64,000 bases of DNA from contig SHNF01000006.1 of assembly GCA_004295085.1 (NCBI GenBank), positions 93,818 to 157,817 on the forward strand, read 5' to 3'. Source of the DNA: Planctomycetota bacterium. GTDB lineage: Bacteria > Planctomycetota > UBA1135. This document shows, piece by piece, positions 35,313 to 45,106 of this stretch. The notes beneath the pieces are model-generated. The model saw nothing but the letters and a program-made list of their open reading frames with translations. It was not told the DNA's origin and ran no database searches. A program made the translations under genes and the position numbers. Positions within the stretch are counted from its first letter, which is position 1. Each line of letters starts with the position of its first letter.

Positions 35313-36086
35313 ATGGCCACCTACGCAATCGGCGACATCCAGGGCTGCTTCACCACCTTGCAGCGCCTGCTGCAGCGGGCCGGAGTCACCGCTCAGGACC
35401 GGCTCTGGCTGGTCGGAGACCTGGTCAACCGCGGCCCGCACTCGCTGCAGGTGCTGCGCTGGGCGCGCTCTCTGCCGCGCCAGCACGTCCTCGTCCTCGG
35501 CAACCACGACCTGCGCCTCTTGGGCCGGGCCGAGGGACAGGTGCCGCCGGACGCCCGCGACACCCTGGACGAGGTCCTGGACGCCCCGGATCGCGACCTG
35601 CTCCTGTCGTGGCTGCGGGCACTCCCGTTCGTGCACCGGGAGCACGATCACCTGCTCGTGCACGCGGGCCTGCTGCCGGCATGGACGGCGCAGGAAGCGC
35701 TCGAGCAGGCACAGGCGGCGTCACAGGCCTTGCGCCGGGGCCAGGTCCCGGCCGCCGCCGAGATCCTGACCACCCTGCGCTTCTGCGATCCCGCCGGCTC
35801 CCCGCGGCGCGGCATCTCCGGGCCGCCCGAGAGCGCGCCGCCGGACGCCATCCCGTGGTTCGACCATCCGGCGCGCCGCAGCCGCGACGTCGCCGTGGTC
35901 TGCGGCCACTGGGCGGCGCTCGGCCTGCGCCTGCGGCCCGACCTGCTGGCGCTGGACACCGGCTGCGTGTGGGGCGGCCCCCTCACCGCCCTGCGCCTGG
36001 AGGATCGCGCCGTGTTCCAGGAGCCCAAGGCAGCGGAAGACGGCCCGGCGCCGCCCCGCTGCGGCGCGGCTACGGCTGCAAGGTGA
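35313..36086 (+). CDS. apaH: Bis(5'-nucleosyl)-tetraphosphatase, symmetrical (ApaH)
   Basis: MATYAIGDIQGCFTTLQRLL, WLVGDLVNRGP, GNHD, ...VHAGL..., ...GHWA... are the metallophosphoesterase motifs in ApaH order. Its start is only 22 nt from the divergent ppx start. Confidence 0.85.
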   Translation: MATYAIGDIQGCFTTLQRLLQRAGVTAQDRLWLVGDLVNRGPHSLQVLRWARSLPRQHVLVLGNHDLRLLGRAEGQVPPDARDTLDEVLDAPDRDLLLSWLRALPFVHREHDHLLVHAGLLPAWTAQEALEQAQAASQALRRGQVPAAAEILTTLRFCDPAGSPRRGISGPPESAPPDAIPWFDHPARRSRDVAVVCGHWAALGLRLRPDLLALDTGCVWGGPLTALRLEDRAVFQEPKAAEDGPAPPRCGAATAAR

Positions 36087-38241
36087 CCGCCAGCGCCTCG
36101 GAGATGCCGCGCAGCTTGCCGCCGCGGCTGGTGTAGAAGGCGATGTAGTAGCTGCGGCCGGCCAGCGCGGGCGCGGCCGGGATGGTCACGGCGGCAAAGG
36201 CGCGGCCCTGCGGCCCGAGGATCCCGCGGAAGCCGCTCCAGGAGGCGCTGGCGTCGTACACGGAATCGTGGAGCAGCGGCAGCGCTGTGCCCGGGAGCAG
36301 TGGGGTCACGTTGGGCAGCGTGCCGCTGGAAGCGTGCGCCTGGTAGTACACGAACGGGTCGTAAGCGTCTTCGAACACGACCGTGACGGTTTCGCCGAGC
36401 GTCGGCGTGCCCGTGATGCTCACGGCGCCCACGGCGGCGTCCAGGCGGCTGGACCAGGCCACGCACAACGGCTCGGACACGCCGTTGAAGCGGATGCGGC
36501 TGAGCCGCAGCGTGTGCATGCCGGTTTCCGCCGGGACGAACTTCAGGAGCTCGTACGGATTCATGGTGTTGGCGCTGGCCGCCGCCACCAGCCCGTGCGG
36601 GTCGAGCACCGCTGCGTCCAGGTCCATGTCCAGGAAATCGGTGCTGTAAGCGCTGTCGGCGCTGCTGAGCCACAGCGCGATGACGCGGGTCTCGTCGCCG
36701 GCGTAGGCCAGGAACGGCACGTCGTACACGTCGTTGCTGAACGACGCCGGCGTGAGCACGTCGCGCAGGAGCTGGCGGTCGCGCAGGACCGCGTCGGCCG
36801 CGGCCGCGTCCACGCCGCCGGCCCCGTCCTTCTCCGAGAGCAGGTCGTCGCCCTCCAGGTTCTCCCAGGCCGACACCATGAGCACGGCCTTCACCACTTC
36901 CGGGTGCGTCTTCAGCTGCGGCTCGCGCGTGGCCAGCAAGGTGGCGACGCCGCAGACCAGCGGGCTGGCCGAGGAGGTGCCACCGAAGCTGCTCTGGGTC
37001 CAGCCCGGTCCCAGGATCCCCGCGGTCGCGACGCCGTCCCCGGGGCTGGCCAGCTCGGGCTTCTCGTGGCCTTCCACCGGATCCCAGTACGAGGAGTACG
37101 ACGCCATGCGGTCGTCCTCCCAGACGCTGGTGTTGAAGTCGCTGAACGCCCCCGTGCTGATCATGTTGTAGCCGTTGCCGGGCGTGGTGGAGTAAGGCTC
37201 GCTGGTCTCGCCCTGGTTGCCGTTGGACTTGAACATCATCACGCCGAAGTTGCGGATGGTGTAGTCGAAGAAGCGGTCCAGGTAGGCGATGGAGCCGCGG
37301 TGGAAGTTCCACCACGAGCAGTTGCCGAAGCTGACGCCCTGCGCAATGGCCGCGCTCCACACCTGCGGCGCGTGCGCGTCGCCGTCGCCGGCGCCGCTGT
37401 AGAGCGCCGGAAGGTCGTGCGCAGCCGCCTGGAGATCGGGGTGGTCGAGGACGATGTTGCCGGCCACGCCGGTGGCGTGCGAATCCACCCCCAGGGTGGT
37501 GAGCAGGATGATGGGCGGCAGGTACGGGTTGGTGCGCACCACGTCGCCCACGTCGTTCACCAGGACCTTGACCGTGCTGCTGCCGCAGGTGATCCCGCGA
37601 TTCCACACCGTGGGCGTGCGCATGGCGCGCTGGGCGTGGTCCATCTCGGGCGCCCAGTGCGGGAAGCAGTAGTAGGCCATGTCCACGGCCGGATCGCCGG
37701 CCCACGCCGCCACCTCTCCGGCCGGCATGCGCGCGAACACGTTGGGCCAGGCGTCGGCGACGTAGAGCACTTCCATGCCGGCCCGGTCCAGCCGGCGCGC
37801 GAAGTCGGCGTTGACCTCGGCGCAGGCGGCCAGCGCGGCGGCGTGAGCGGCGCGGCGGGCATCCTCGCCGCTGGCGCCGGTCGCTTCCGCGGCGCGCAGT
37901 ACCGACGCCAGATCGGTGCGCGCGGAGGTGCGCAGCCAGAACACCACGTCCACGCCGACCTCAGGCGCGCGCGCGGCCAGCTGCGCGGCCAGGTCGGCCG
38001 AGATCCCGCGGCGGGAGTCCACAGTGCGCCGCTGCTCCTCCGTGCGCAGCGCCGCGGCGTCGGCGCTGCTGCCGTCCGCCAGCCAGCCGGCGGCGCGGAT
38101 GCGCCCGGTGGCCGGATCCAGGACCCGGCGCTCGCGCAGACTCTGCTGCTGCCGGCGCAAATCCCAGGATGCATCGGCCAGGATACGTGCCGGCTGCTGC
38201 GGCGCGGCCAGTGCGGTCAATACGACAAGAGTGGAGAGCAT
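36070..38241 (-). CDS. Secreted subtilisin-like (S8) serine peptidase with C-terminal beta domains
   Basis: Catalytic triad contexts VLVNDVGD, DSHATGVAGNI and GGTSSASPLVCGVATLL, preceded by an N-terminal signal and propeptide. Confidence 0.8.
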   Translation of the reverse strand: MLSTLVVLTALAAPQQPARILADASWDLRRQQQSLRERRVLDPATGRIRAAGWLADGSSADAAALRTEEQRRTVDSRRGISADLAAQLAARAPEVGVDVVFWLRTSARTDLASVLRAAEATGASGEDARRAAHAAALAACAEVNADFARRLDRAGMEVLYVADAWPNVFARMPAGEVAAWAGDPAVDMAYYCFPHWAPEMDHAQRAMRTPTVWNRGITCGSSTVKVLVNDVGDVVRTNPYLPPIILLTTLGVDSHATGVAGNIVLDHPDLQAAAHDLPALYSGAGDGDAHAPQVWSAAIAQGVSFGNCSWWNFHRGSIAYLDRFFDYTIRNFGVMMFKSNGNQGETSEPYSTTPGNGYNMISTGAFSDFNTSVWEDDRMASYSSYWDPVEGHEKPELASPGDGVATAGILGPGWTQSSFGGTSSASPLVCGVATLLATREPQLKTHPEVVKAVLMVSAWENLEGDDLLSEKDGAGGVDAAAADAVLRDRQLLRDVLTPASFSNDVYDVPFLAYAGDETRVIALWLSSADSAYSTDFLDMDLDAAVLDPHGLVAAASANTMNPYELLKFVPAETGMHTLRLSRIRFNGVSEPLCVAWSSRLDAAVGAVSITGTPTLGETVTVVFEDAYDPFVYYQAHASSGTLPNVTPLLPGTALPLLHDSVYDASASWSGFRGILGPQGRAFAAVTIPAAPALAGRSYYIAFYTSRGGKLRGISEALAVTLQP

Positions 38242-38311
38242 GGCGCGAGGTGGAATCTCAAGTGCTGGCAGGCGCTACCAGCCTAGCACCAGGACCGTCC
38301 ACCCCGCGTAC

Positions 38312-38911
38312 TCACATGTACGGATTGGTGCCCGCGGCGTGGTTGGTGGCGTCGTAGATCTCGCCGATCTCCGGCACGGCCTCGCGGATCGCCACCTCGA
38401 CTCCCTGGCGCATGGTGGCCATGGCCGAGCCGCAGCCCTGGCAGCCGCCTCCCATGTTGACGTAGAGGTCGTGACCCACGCTGTCCACGATCTCAACGAA
38501 GCCACCGTGGCTGCCCAGCGCCGGATTGAGCTGGCTGTCGATCACCTGTTGGGCCAGGTGGCGTACCCGGTCGGCCCCGAGCAGCGCCTGCTCAGCCCCG
38601 GCCTTGACCGCGGGAGCCCCGGCCTGCAGGTGGCTGCGCAGCGCCGCGCCGATCCTGCGCGCCGTGTCGCGCCAGTCGCCGGGAGCCTCGACCATGGTGA
38701 CCAGCAGCTCGCCGTGGGTGACCCGCACGCCCTTGACCCCGCCCACGTCCAGGACCGCCGCCACCACCGGCGCCCACTCCCGGGCGTACTCCGGGTCGCT
38801 GACGTACAAGGTGCCCGCGTACAGGGTGCGGTCCACTTGAAACACGCACTGGTCGGGCCGTTCCTGCGGCTGGGCGGTGATGTTGACAGGGGTGGCGGCG
38901 GTGTCCGGCAT
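38312..38911 (-). CDS. NifU/Nfu-like Fe-S cluster scaffold protein
   Basis: C-terminal NifU domain NPALGSHGGFVEIVDSVGHDLYVNMGGGCQGCGSAMATM (CxxC), with an N-terminal Nfu_N-like domain. Confidence 0.75.
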   Translation of the reverse strand: MPDTAATPVNITAQPQERPDQCVFQVDRTLYAGTLYVSDPEYAREWAPVVAAVLDVGGVKGVRVTHGELLVTMVEAPGDWRDTARRIGAALRSHLQAGAPAVKAGAEQALLGADRVRHLAQQVIDSQLNPALGSHGGFVEIVDSVGHDLYVNMGGGCQGCGSAMATMRQGVEVAIREAVPEIGEIYDATNHAAGTNPYM

Positions 38912-38946
38912 GGCTTCCTTGCATAGGATACCCGCCGGGCGAAGTT

Positions 38947-40050
38947 CTACTTCTTGGGCATCGCCGCCTCGACCCAGCGCATGAACGCGGCATGGAGCTG
39001 CTCCGGGGTCTCTCCCGAGCGCTCCAGCACCAGTTCACGCATCCGCGCCGCCCGCGCCGGCGCGTCGGCTCCGCCGAACTCCTCGCGCAGCTGCTCCAGC
39101 ACCGCCACCGTCACGCTGCGCCGGCTCTCCGCCAGCGGGGTCGCGCCGCGCTTGAACTTCGGATCCGCCGCCACGCCCCCATACGGCTCCAGCGGATCGA
39201 ACAGGAACTCGATCACGGCCCAGGCATACGCATAGTCGGCGCGGGCCCATTCCGACTCATTGCGCAGCAGCAACTGGTCCACCCGGCTCTTCGGCTCCAG
39301 CTCCTTCTCCTTGCGCATCTTCTGCACCGCCTGCTTGAGGATGCCGGGCCAGCTGGCCGGATGGTTGGAATAGTCGTTGCTGGCCGCGCCGATGCCGGCA
39401 AAGACCCCGTAGCCGTGCAAGGTGGAGGCCTGGGCCGCGCCCTGGTGCGATACCAGGCCGGTCGGCTTCTTCAGCGCGTGCCGCATGAGCATGCCGGCGA
39501 AGCCCTCCTCCAGGCATTCGGGCGGTTGGTTCCCGTACGGCGAGGTCAGGAAGCGCGCGGCGATGGCGCCGAGGTCGTGCACCACGCGCGTGGCCAGGTC
39601 GTCCTTGTGCAGGATCTGGCCGTTGATCCACACCGCCGGCGGGTTGGACCACAGCCCGGAGCCCGAGCGCACCACGCCTTGGACGAAATCGGCCCCGGGC
39701 GCGGGCACGTGGCGGCGCTGGCACTCGGCCACGAACAGCGGGAAGTACGCCTGCAGGCGCTCCTCTCCATGGAGCACCAGCACGCGCGCCACCTGGTCCT
39801 CCGGCAGAAGCGGCCCGCCGATCCACTCGGAGGCCATGGTCCAGGCCTTGCGCGCCGGCTCATCCACCTCCTTGAAGCCCTCGTCCTCGTCGCTCCAGAC
39901 CTCGAGGCCCGGCGCCCGGCCCAGCCAGGCCTTCCTGGCCCCGACCGCGGCGGCGAAGGCTTCCGGCGTGGCCGGTAGAGCCGGCGCCTGCGGGCATGCG
40001 GACACGGACAGGAACAGTGGAAGCGGCAGGATCAGCATGAGGTGGACCAT
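38947..40050 (-). CDS. Secreted hypothetical protein
   Basis: GGGAG Shine-Dalgarno and signal/lipobox-like MVHLMLILPLPLFLSVSAC. Ordinary composition; no catalytic motif recognised. Confidence 0.5.
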   Translation of the reverse strand: MVHLMLILPLPLFLSVSACPQAPALPATPEAFAAAVGARKAWLGRAPGLEVWSDEDEGFKEVDEPARKAWTMASEWIGGPLLPEDQVARVLVLHGEERLQAYFPLFVAECQRRHVPAPGADFVQGVVRSGSGLWSNPPAVWINGQILHKDDLATRVVHDLGAIAARFLTSPYGNQPPECLEEGFAGMLMRHALKKPTGLVSHQGAAQASTLHGYGVFAGIGAASNDYSNHPASWPGILKQAVQKMRKEKELEPKSRVDQLLLRNESEWARADYAYAWAVIEFLFDPLEPYGGVAADPKFKRGATPLAESRRSVTVAVLEQLREEFGGADAPARAARMRELVLERSGETPEQLHAAFMRWVEAAMPKK

Positions 40051-40139
40051 CTCCCTACGGATTGAGTCCCCGCGGCAACGGGCTTTCGTCACGAATTATT
40101 CCGTAAGACTGCGCAGCGTTAGGATTTCCGGCCCATTCC

Positions 40140-41399
40140 ATGGCGGCGGAAACCTCGTTCCAGGCGGGTCGGCGCGGGACCGACGCCCGCGGCGACTGCT
40201 GGCTCGGGTTCACACCGGCGGCCGGCGGCGGGATCGAGTTGGTGTTCCGGAGCAAGCTGGAGGCGCTGTACGGCGAGCGCACGCGCCGGCTGCTGCTGGG
40301 TCTGCTGGAGGAAGCCGGCGTCCGCCACGGCCGGCTGCAGGTGGAGGACCAGGGCGCGTATCCCTTCGTGCTGCGGGCGCGGGTGGAGGCGCTGCTGCGC
40401 CAGGTCCCCGGGCTGGCCGGCCTCCGGGTCGAGCCGGAGCCGGAGTGGGCGCCACGGGGCCCGGTGCAACGGCAGCGGCGCCGCCGCAGCCGGCTGTACC
40501 TCCCGGGCAACGAGCCGAAGTACATGGTGAGCGCTGCCCTGCACCGGCCGGATGCGGTGATCCTGGACCTGGAGGACTCCGTGGCGCCGCCGGCCAAGGC
40601 CGACGCGCGCGCCCTGGTAAGGCACGCGCTCTACGGCGTGGACTGGGGCGCCAGCGAGCGCATGCTGCGCGTCAATCAAGGTGAGGCCGGGCTGGAGGAC
40701 GTCGCGGCGCTGCGCGACACTCCCCTGCACCTGATCTTGATCCCGAAGGTGGAGAGCGCGGAGCAGGTGGCGGCCGTGGACCGCGCGCTGGACGGCACCG
40801 ACATCCTGCTCATGCCGATCCTGGAGTCCGCGCTCGGCATCGAGAACGCGCGCGAGATCGCACGCGCCTCGCCCCGCAACGTCGCGCTCACGCTGGGCCT
40901 CGAGGACCTGACCGCCGACTTCGGCATCGCCAGGACGCGTGAAGGCCACGAGACCTTGTGGGCGCGCTCGGCCGTGATCCTGGCCGCCAAGGCCTGCGGC
41001 CTGCAGGCCATCGACTCGGTATTCGGCGACGTCGGCGACGAGGAGGGCCTGCGCCGGAGCGTGCGCGAGGCCAAGGCGCTCGGCTTCGAGGGCAAGGGCT
41101 GCGTGCACCCGCGCCAGATCCGCGTCGTGCACGCGGAGTTCGCGCCGACGCGCGCGGAGACGGAGCGCGCCTGCCGCATCGCCTACGCCTTCGAGCAGGC
41201 GCAGGCCGCCGGCCTGGGCGTGGTGAGCCTGGGCAGCCGGATGATCGACCCTCCGGTGGTGCAGCGCGCGCTGCGCGTGGTGCGCGAGGCCACGGAGGCG
41301 GGTCTCCTGCGCGGCGACTGGCGCGCCGCCCTGACGGCGGAGGCCGCGGCGCCGCGTCCGGCGGCCGGCGAGGGCGGCGGCGACGGCGCCATCGGCTGA
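40140..41399 (+). CDS. citE: Citrate lyase gamma (acyl carrier, CitD-like) fused to beta subunit (CitE, citryl-CoA lyase)
   Basis: The first roughly 95 aa (IELVFRSKLEALYGE...LQVEDQGAYPFVLRARVEALL) align with CitD. The rest is HpcH/CitE-like (RSRLYLPGNEPKYM...DAVILDLEDSV...LMPILESALGIENA...GLEDL...GKGCVHPRQI). Confidence 0.75.
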   Translation: MAAETSFQAGRRGTDARGDCWLGFTPAAGGGIELVFRSKLEALYGERTRRLLLGLLEEAGVRHGRLQVEDQGAYPFVLRARVEALLRQVPGLAGLRVEPEPEWAPRGPVQRQRRRRSRLYLPGNEPKYMVSAALHRPDAVILDLEDSVAPPAKADARALVRHALYGVDWGASERMLRVNQGEAGLEDVAALRDTPLHLILIPKVESAEQVAAVDRALDGTDILLMPILESALGIENAREIARASPRNVALTLGLEDLTADFGIARTREGHETLWARSAVILAAKACGLQAIDSVFGDVGDEEGLRRSVREAKALGFEGKGCVHPRQIRVVHAEFAPTRAETERACRIAYAFEQAQAAGLGVVSLGSRMIDPPVVQRALRVVREATEAGLLRGDWRAALTAEAAAPRPAAGEGGGDGAIG

Positions 41400-41557
41400 G
41401 CGCTTTCGTACACGCTGAGCGCAGTCGCACCCTCGCCAGGAAACGCGGCCGGAAGGCCTCCGGGAACGCAAGTTGCTGTGACTGTGGCCGCGACGGGGGA
41501 TACCTTGCGGTAGGAAGGAATGACGCTCCGTTCCCTGGAAGTTCGTAATAACATCGG

Positions 41558-44500
41558 ATGAGGCTTCTTCCGGCTCTGTTCCGTGGTTCGGCGCTGCTCC
41601 TGTCAGCCCTGGGAGCCGCGGGCTGCAGCGGCGGCGGTTCTGACGATGGAGGCGGCGTCGGGCAGTTCAAGGCCCTGAACACCAACGTGGAGGACGGCGT
41701 CGCCTGGGAGCTGAACCGGCCGATCCGGATCGAGTTCAACCACCGCCTGGATCCGGCCTCCGTGTCCTTCGGCTCGGTGCTCATCCGTCCCCTGGACAAC
41801 GCCATCCTGGGGCACCCGGTGACCGGCAGCTTCGAGCTGGAGCCCGGCAGCGGCGATCGCGTCCTGATTTTCCGGCCCTCCTGCCCCACCAACCAGGACA
41901 ACGACAACGGCGGCTTCGTGCCGGGCGGATACCGCTACGAGCTCACCTTGCCCACCCAGGAGGACTTCGCCGGCACCGTCCTGCGCGACGTCTCCGGACG
42001 GCCGCTCAGCGTGGGGCTCACGCGCCGCTTCCGCACGCCCATCCCGCCGGGCGAGCCCTTGTTCCTGGATCCTTTGCCCACGCCCCCGCGCTTCGTCAGC
42101 GTGGACTGGCCGCAGGGCCTGAACCTGTTCACCGCGCCGGACCCGCTGCTCCGCATCGCCATCGACCAGCCGGTTGACGGAGGCAGCGACAACCTCAACA
42201 CCGACAACGTGTTCGTGCTGTATTCGGACGGCGAGATCGGCCAGTCCGGACAGAACGACTTCCCGGACGAGAACCGCGTGCCCGGCATCCTCGTCCTCGG
42301 CGCCAACTGCACTTCCGTGGGCGCCGAGCTGCTGTTCCAGGTCTCGGGGCTGCTGCCGCCGCATCGCCGGCTGCGGCTGGTCATGGAGAACACGTTCCGC
42401 GATCTCGCCGGCCAGACCAACCTGGCGCGCGTGAACTGGTCTCCGGATCACGAGACGCCCAGCCTCGCGCAGCTCTACCGGGATCCGACCTGGCAGGAGA
42501 GCGAGCTGGCGGTGGACGAATTCCGCGACAGCTTCGACTCGGCGCTTTACGTGGCCGGCGCCGAGGAACTGACGCTGCCTCCCGCTGCGGTGGCCGACGG
42601 CGAGGTCACGGCCGGTTTCGACTTCCCCGGGCGCTTCGTGACCGAGGACGCCGATGTCCTGGTGCAGTCCGGCAGCTCCCTGGAGATCTTCACCGACGGG
42701 AGCACGCTCTTCGCCGACAGCCTCGGCAACACCTTCACGGTCCAGAACGGCGTCCTGTACGTGGACGACTTCAAGATCGAGCCCGGCGCCACCTTGCGCG
42801 GCCGCGGCCGGAGTCCCCTGGTCATCTACGCCACCGGCGACGTCACCATCGACGGGGTCCTGGATGCGAGCGGCAACCACAGCCACTGGCCCACCAGCCT
42901 GGACTCGCCGCAGTTCCCCGAAGGCGGGGCCCTGGGCGAGTGCGGCGGCGGCCAGGGCGGCGATGCCTCGCAGATCACCTCCGCGGAGACCCCACGCGGC
43001 GAAGCCGGAGACGGGCCGTTCGGCCTGCTGCTTTCCGGCGGCGGCGGCGGCGAGGGCGGCTTCCAGCAGGCCGAGTTCCGCGACCAGAAGCCGGCAGTCG
43101 TCGGGACCCTCTTCGACCAGAGGTACAAGGACGCACGCATCATCGCCGGCGGCGGCGCGGGCGGCACCTTCACCATGCTGGTGAACCCGTCCATCACCTG
43201 GACGCGCTGGACCGGATTCGAAGACCCCGGCACCTTCGATGACGCCGGCCCGGACCACAAGGAGGAGGAGCACCCCGGTTTCGACCCGCTGGCGGTGCGC
43301 GGCGGCGAAGACGGCATGCGCGGCAGCTCCTTCGAGTCGCGCGGGCCGTACCAGCCCGGCTGGCCCGAAGGTGTCTACGGCATGGAGGACGAGAGCGTGG
43401 ACACCATCGCCTACGACGGCTCCACCACCGATCCGCCCGGCGGCGACAGCTTCCTGTGGCAGAGCATCTGGATCGATCCGACCACCATGAGCGAGGACCA
43501 GCTCTTCGGTGATCCATCCGCCGGACCGGACGCCGGCATCACCAACCGCACGATCTTCAGCTTCGACCCGGCACAGCCCGAAGCGAGCACGCGCGAAGAT
43601 TTCTGGGGCCGGCGCGTCAACCCGGACGGCACGGTGACGGTCGGCGAGCTGCTGGCGCCCTGGGCCGGCTATGGCGGCGGCGCCAGCGGCGACATCGAAG
43701 TCCTCAAGCGCACCGACCCGGTCAGCGGCACGCTCCGGCCCATCACCGACCTGTTCCCGGACGTTCCCTTCCGCACCAACTCGGTCTCTCCGCCCGGCTG
43801 GTACTACAAGGGCGCGCCCGGCGGCGGCGGGGGAGGCCAGCTGCTGATCCTCGCCATCGGCACGGTGAAGATCGGCGCCATCGGGCTCATCAAGGCCAAC
43901 GGCGGCATCGGCCACGGCGGCGAGTCGGACATCTACACGTACAGCCAGGTTTCCGGCTCCGGCGGCGGCTCCGGCGGCCACATCGTCGTCCACAGCGCCA
44001 CCGAGATCGACCTCTCGGCCATTGACGTGGGCACGGCCAACAACGCCAGCCAGGTGGCCGACCTGACGCCCAAGGACGTGGTGCAGGCCATCGGCGGGCG
44101 CCGCGGCTGGTCCATGGCCGGCATCTGCAGCATCTCCAACACTCCGACCTGCGAGTGCGACTGCGACGGCAACGGCGACTACATGATCGGCCGCGGCGGC
44201 GCCGGCGGCCCCGGGCTCATCACCTGGCACGTGCCCGAGCCGCTCGAAAACATCCGCTGGCACTCGCGTTCCGACGACGGGATCCTCGACTACATCACCA
44301 CGGACAGCGGCGCCCTGGATCCCGTGGCCCTGGAAACGGTGCTGGACCTGTACTCGGCCCCGCACCCGTACGCGCTGATCCCGTTCTTCTCCTCCACTTC
44401 GCAGGCGCAGAGCGTGTGGATCGACACCGGGCTGGCCGGCCTGCGCCGCGACCCGGAGGGCCAGGGCCTGTCCCCGGACTGGGACAACCCCTTGCTGCAG

Positions 44501-45106
44501 TTCCAGGGCGTGGACGCGCAAGGCAACGTGCTGCGCAGCAACGGCCGCGTGACGCCGCTCGGCAACGTCGCCAGCGGCAGCTCCGGCGCCGTCGGCTTCG
44601 GCGCCTTCGAGCTCAGCATCCCGGCGGCCTCCAGCTACTTCGGCGCCAGCTTCCTGCGCACTCCGGAAGCGCTCATCGGCTACGACGTCGCCCCGCGCGC
44701 CGAGGTGCAGAACAGCCCCGGCTTCGAGATCGTGGCCGCCACCTATGACCGGGGCGCGGACACCATGCTGCTGAGCACGCGCAACAGCGACGGACCCATG
44801 ACCTTCTCCGTCGGCGCCACCTGGGCGGTGCGCGCCAAGTTCTTCCGGATCGAGACCTCCGGCCTGCGCGACGCGCTCCCCAACTCGACCAACCTCGTCA
44901 TCGAATTCCAGGGCGCCGATGACCCGGCGGATCCCGCGACCATTCTGCCCGGCCCCAGCGCCTGGACCGCGGACCTCGGGCTCCTGCTGGGCAAGCGCTT
45001 CGTGCGCTGGCGCATGACGTTCGACATCGACAATCAGGATCAAGGCGTCGACCTCAACAACCCGCGCCCCAGCGTGGACTACATCAAGATCCCGTTCGTC
45101 TGGTAG
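41558..45106 (+). CDS. Giant lipoprotein with N-terminal SbsA-type Ig-like domain and glycine-rich beta-helix-like segments
   Basis: Lipobox LSALGAAGCSGG. The Ig-like N-terminus reads PIRIEFNHRLDPASVSFGSVLIRP...LIFRPS. Repeated Gly runs (GGGGGEGG, GGGAGG, GAPGGGGGGQLLILAIG, SGSGGGSGGHIVVHS). 1182 aa of ordinary coding composition. Confidence 0.65.
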   Translation: MRLLPALFRGSALLLSALGAAGCSGGGSDDGGGVGQFKALNTNVEDGVAWELNRPIRIEFNHRLDPASVSFGSVLIRPLDNAILGHPVTGSFELEPGSGDRVLIFRPSCPTNQDNDNGGFVPGGYRYELTLPTQEDFAGTVLRDVSGRPLSVGLTRRFRTPIPPGEPLFLDPLPTPPRFVSVDWPQGLNLFTAPDPLLRIAIDQPVDGGSDNLNTDNVFVLYSDGEIGQSGQNDFPDENRVPGILVLGANCTSVGAELLFQVSGLLPPHRRLRLVMENTFRDLAGQTNLARVNWSPDHETPSLAQLYRDPTWQESELAVDEFRDSFDSALYVAGAEELTLPPAAVADGEVTAGFDFPGRFVTEDADVLVQSGSSLEIFTDGSTLFADSLGNTFTVQNGVLYVDDFKIEPGATLRGRGRSPLVIYATGDVTIDGVLDASGNHSHWPTSLDSPQFPEGGALGECGGGQGGDASQITSAETPRGEAGDGPFGLLLSGGGGGEGGFQQAEFRDQKPAVVGTLFDQRYKDARIIAGGGAGGTFTMLVNPSITWTRWTGFEDPGTFDDAGPDHKEEEHPGFDPLAVRGGEDGMRGSSFESRGPYQPGWPEGVYGMEDESVDTIAYDGSTTDPPGGDSFLWQSIWIDPTTMSEDQLFGDPSAGPDAGITNRTIFSFDPAQPEASTREDFWGRRVNPDGTVTVGELLAPWAGYGGGASGDIEVLKRTDPVSGTLRPITDLFPDVPFRTNSVSPPGWYYKGAPGGGGGGQLLILAIGTVKIGAIGLIKANGGIGHGGESDIYTYSQVSGSGGGSGGHIVVHSATEIDLSAIDVGTANNASQVADLTPKDVVQAIGGRRGWSMAGICSISNTPTCECDCDGNGDYMIGRGGAGGPGLITWHVPEPLENIRWHSRSDDGILDYITTDSGALDPVALETVLDLYSAPHPYALIPFFSSTSQAQSVWIDTGLAGLRRDPEGQGLSPDWDNPLLQFQGVDAQGNVLRSNGRVTPLGNVASGSSGAVGFGAFELSIPAASSYFGASFLRTPEALIGYDVAPRAEVQNSPGFEIVAATYDRGADTMLLSTRNSDGPMTFSVGATWAVRAKFFRIETSGLRDALPNSTNLVIEFQGADDPADPATILPGPSAWTADLGLLLGKRFVRWRMTFDIDNQDQGVDLNNPRPSVDYIKIPFVW

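Noticed and set aside
41603-45043. 1146-aa ORF antisense to the giant lipoprotein gene
   Set aside because: Ala/Gly/Arg/Val-rich mirror frame without a signal peptide, motifs or a plausible start context. The plus-strand frame has a lipobox and domain-like structure.
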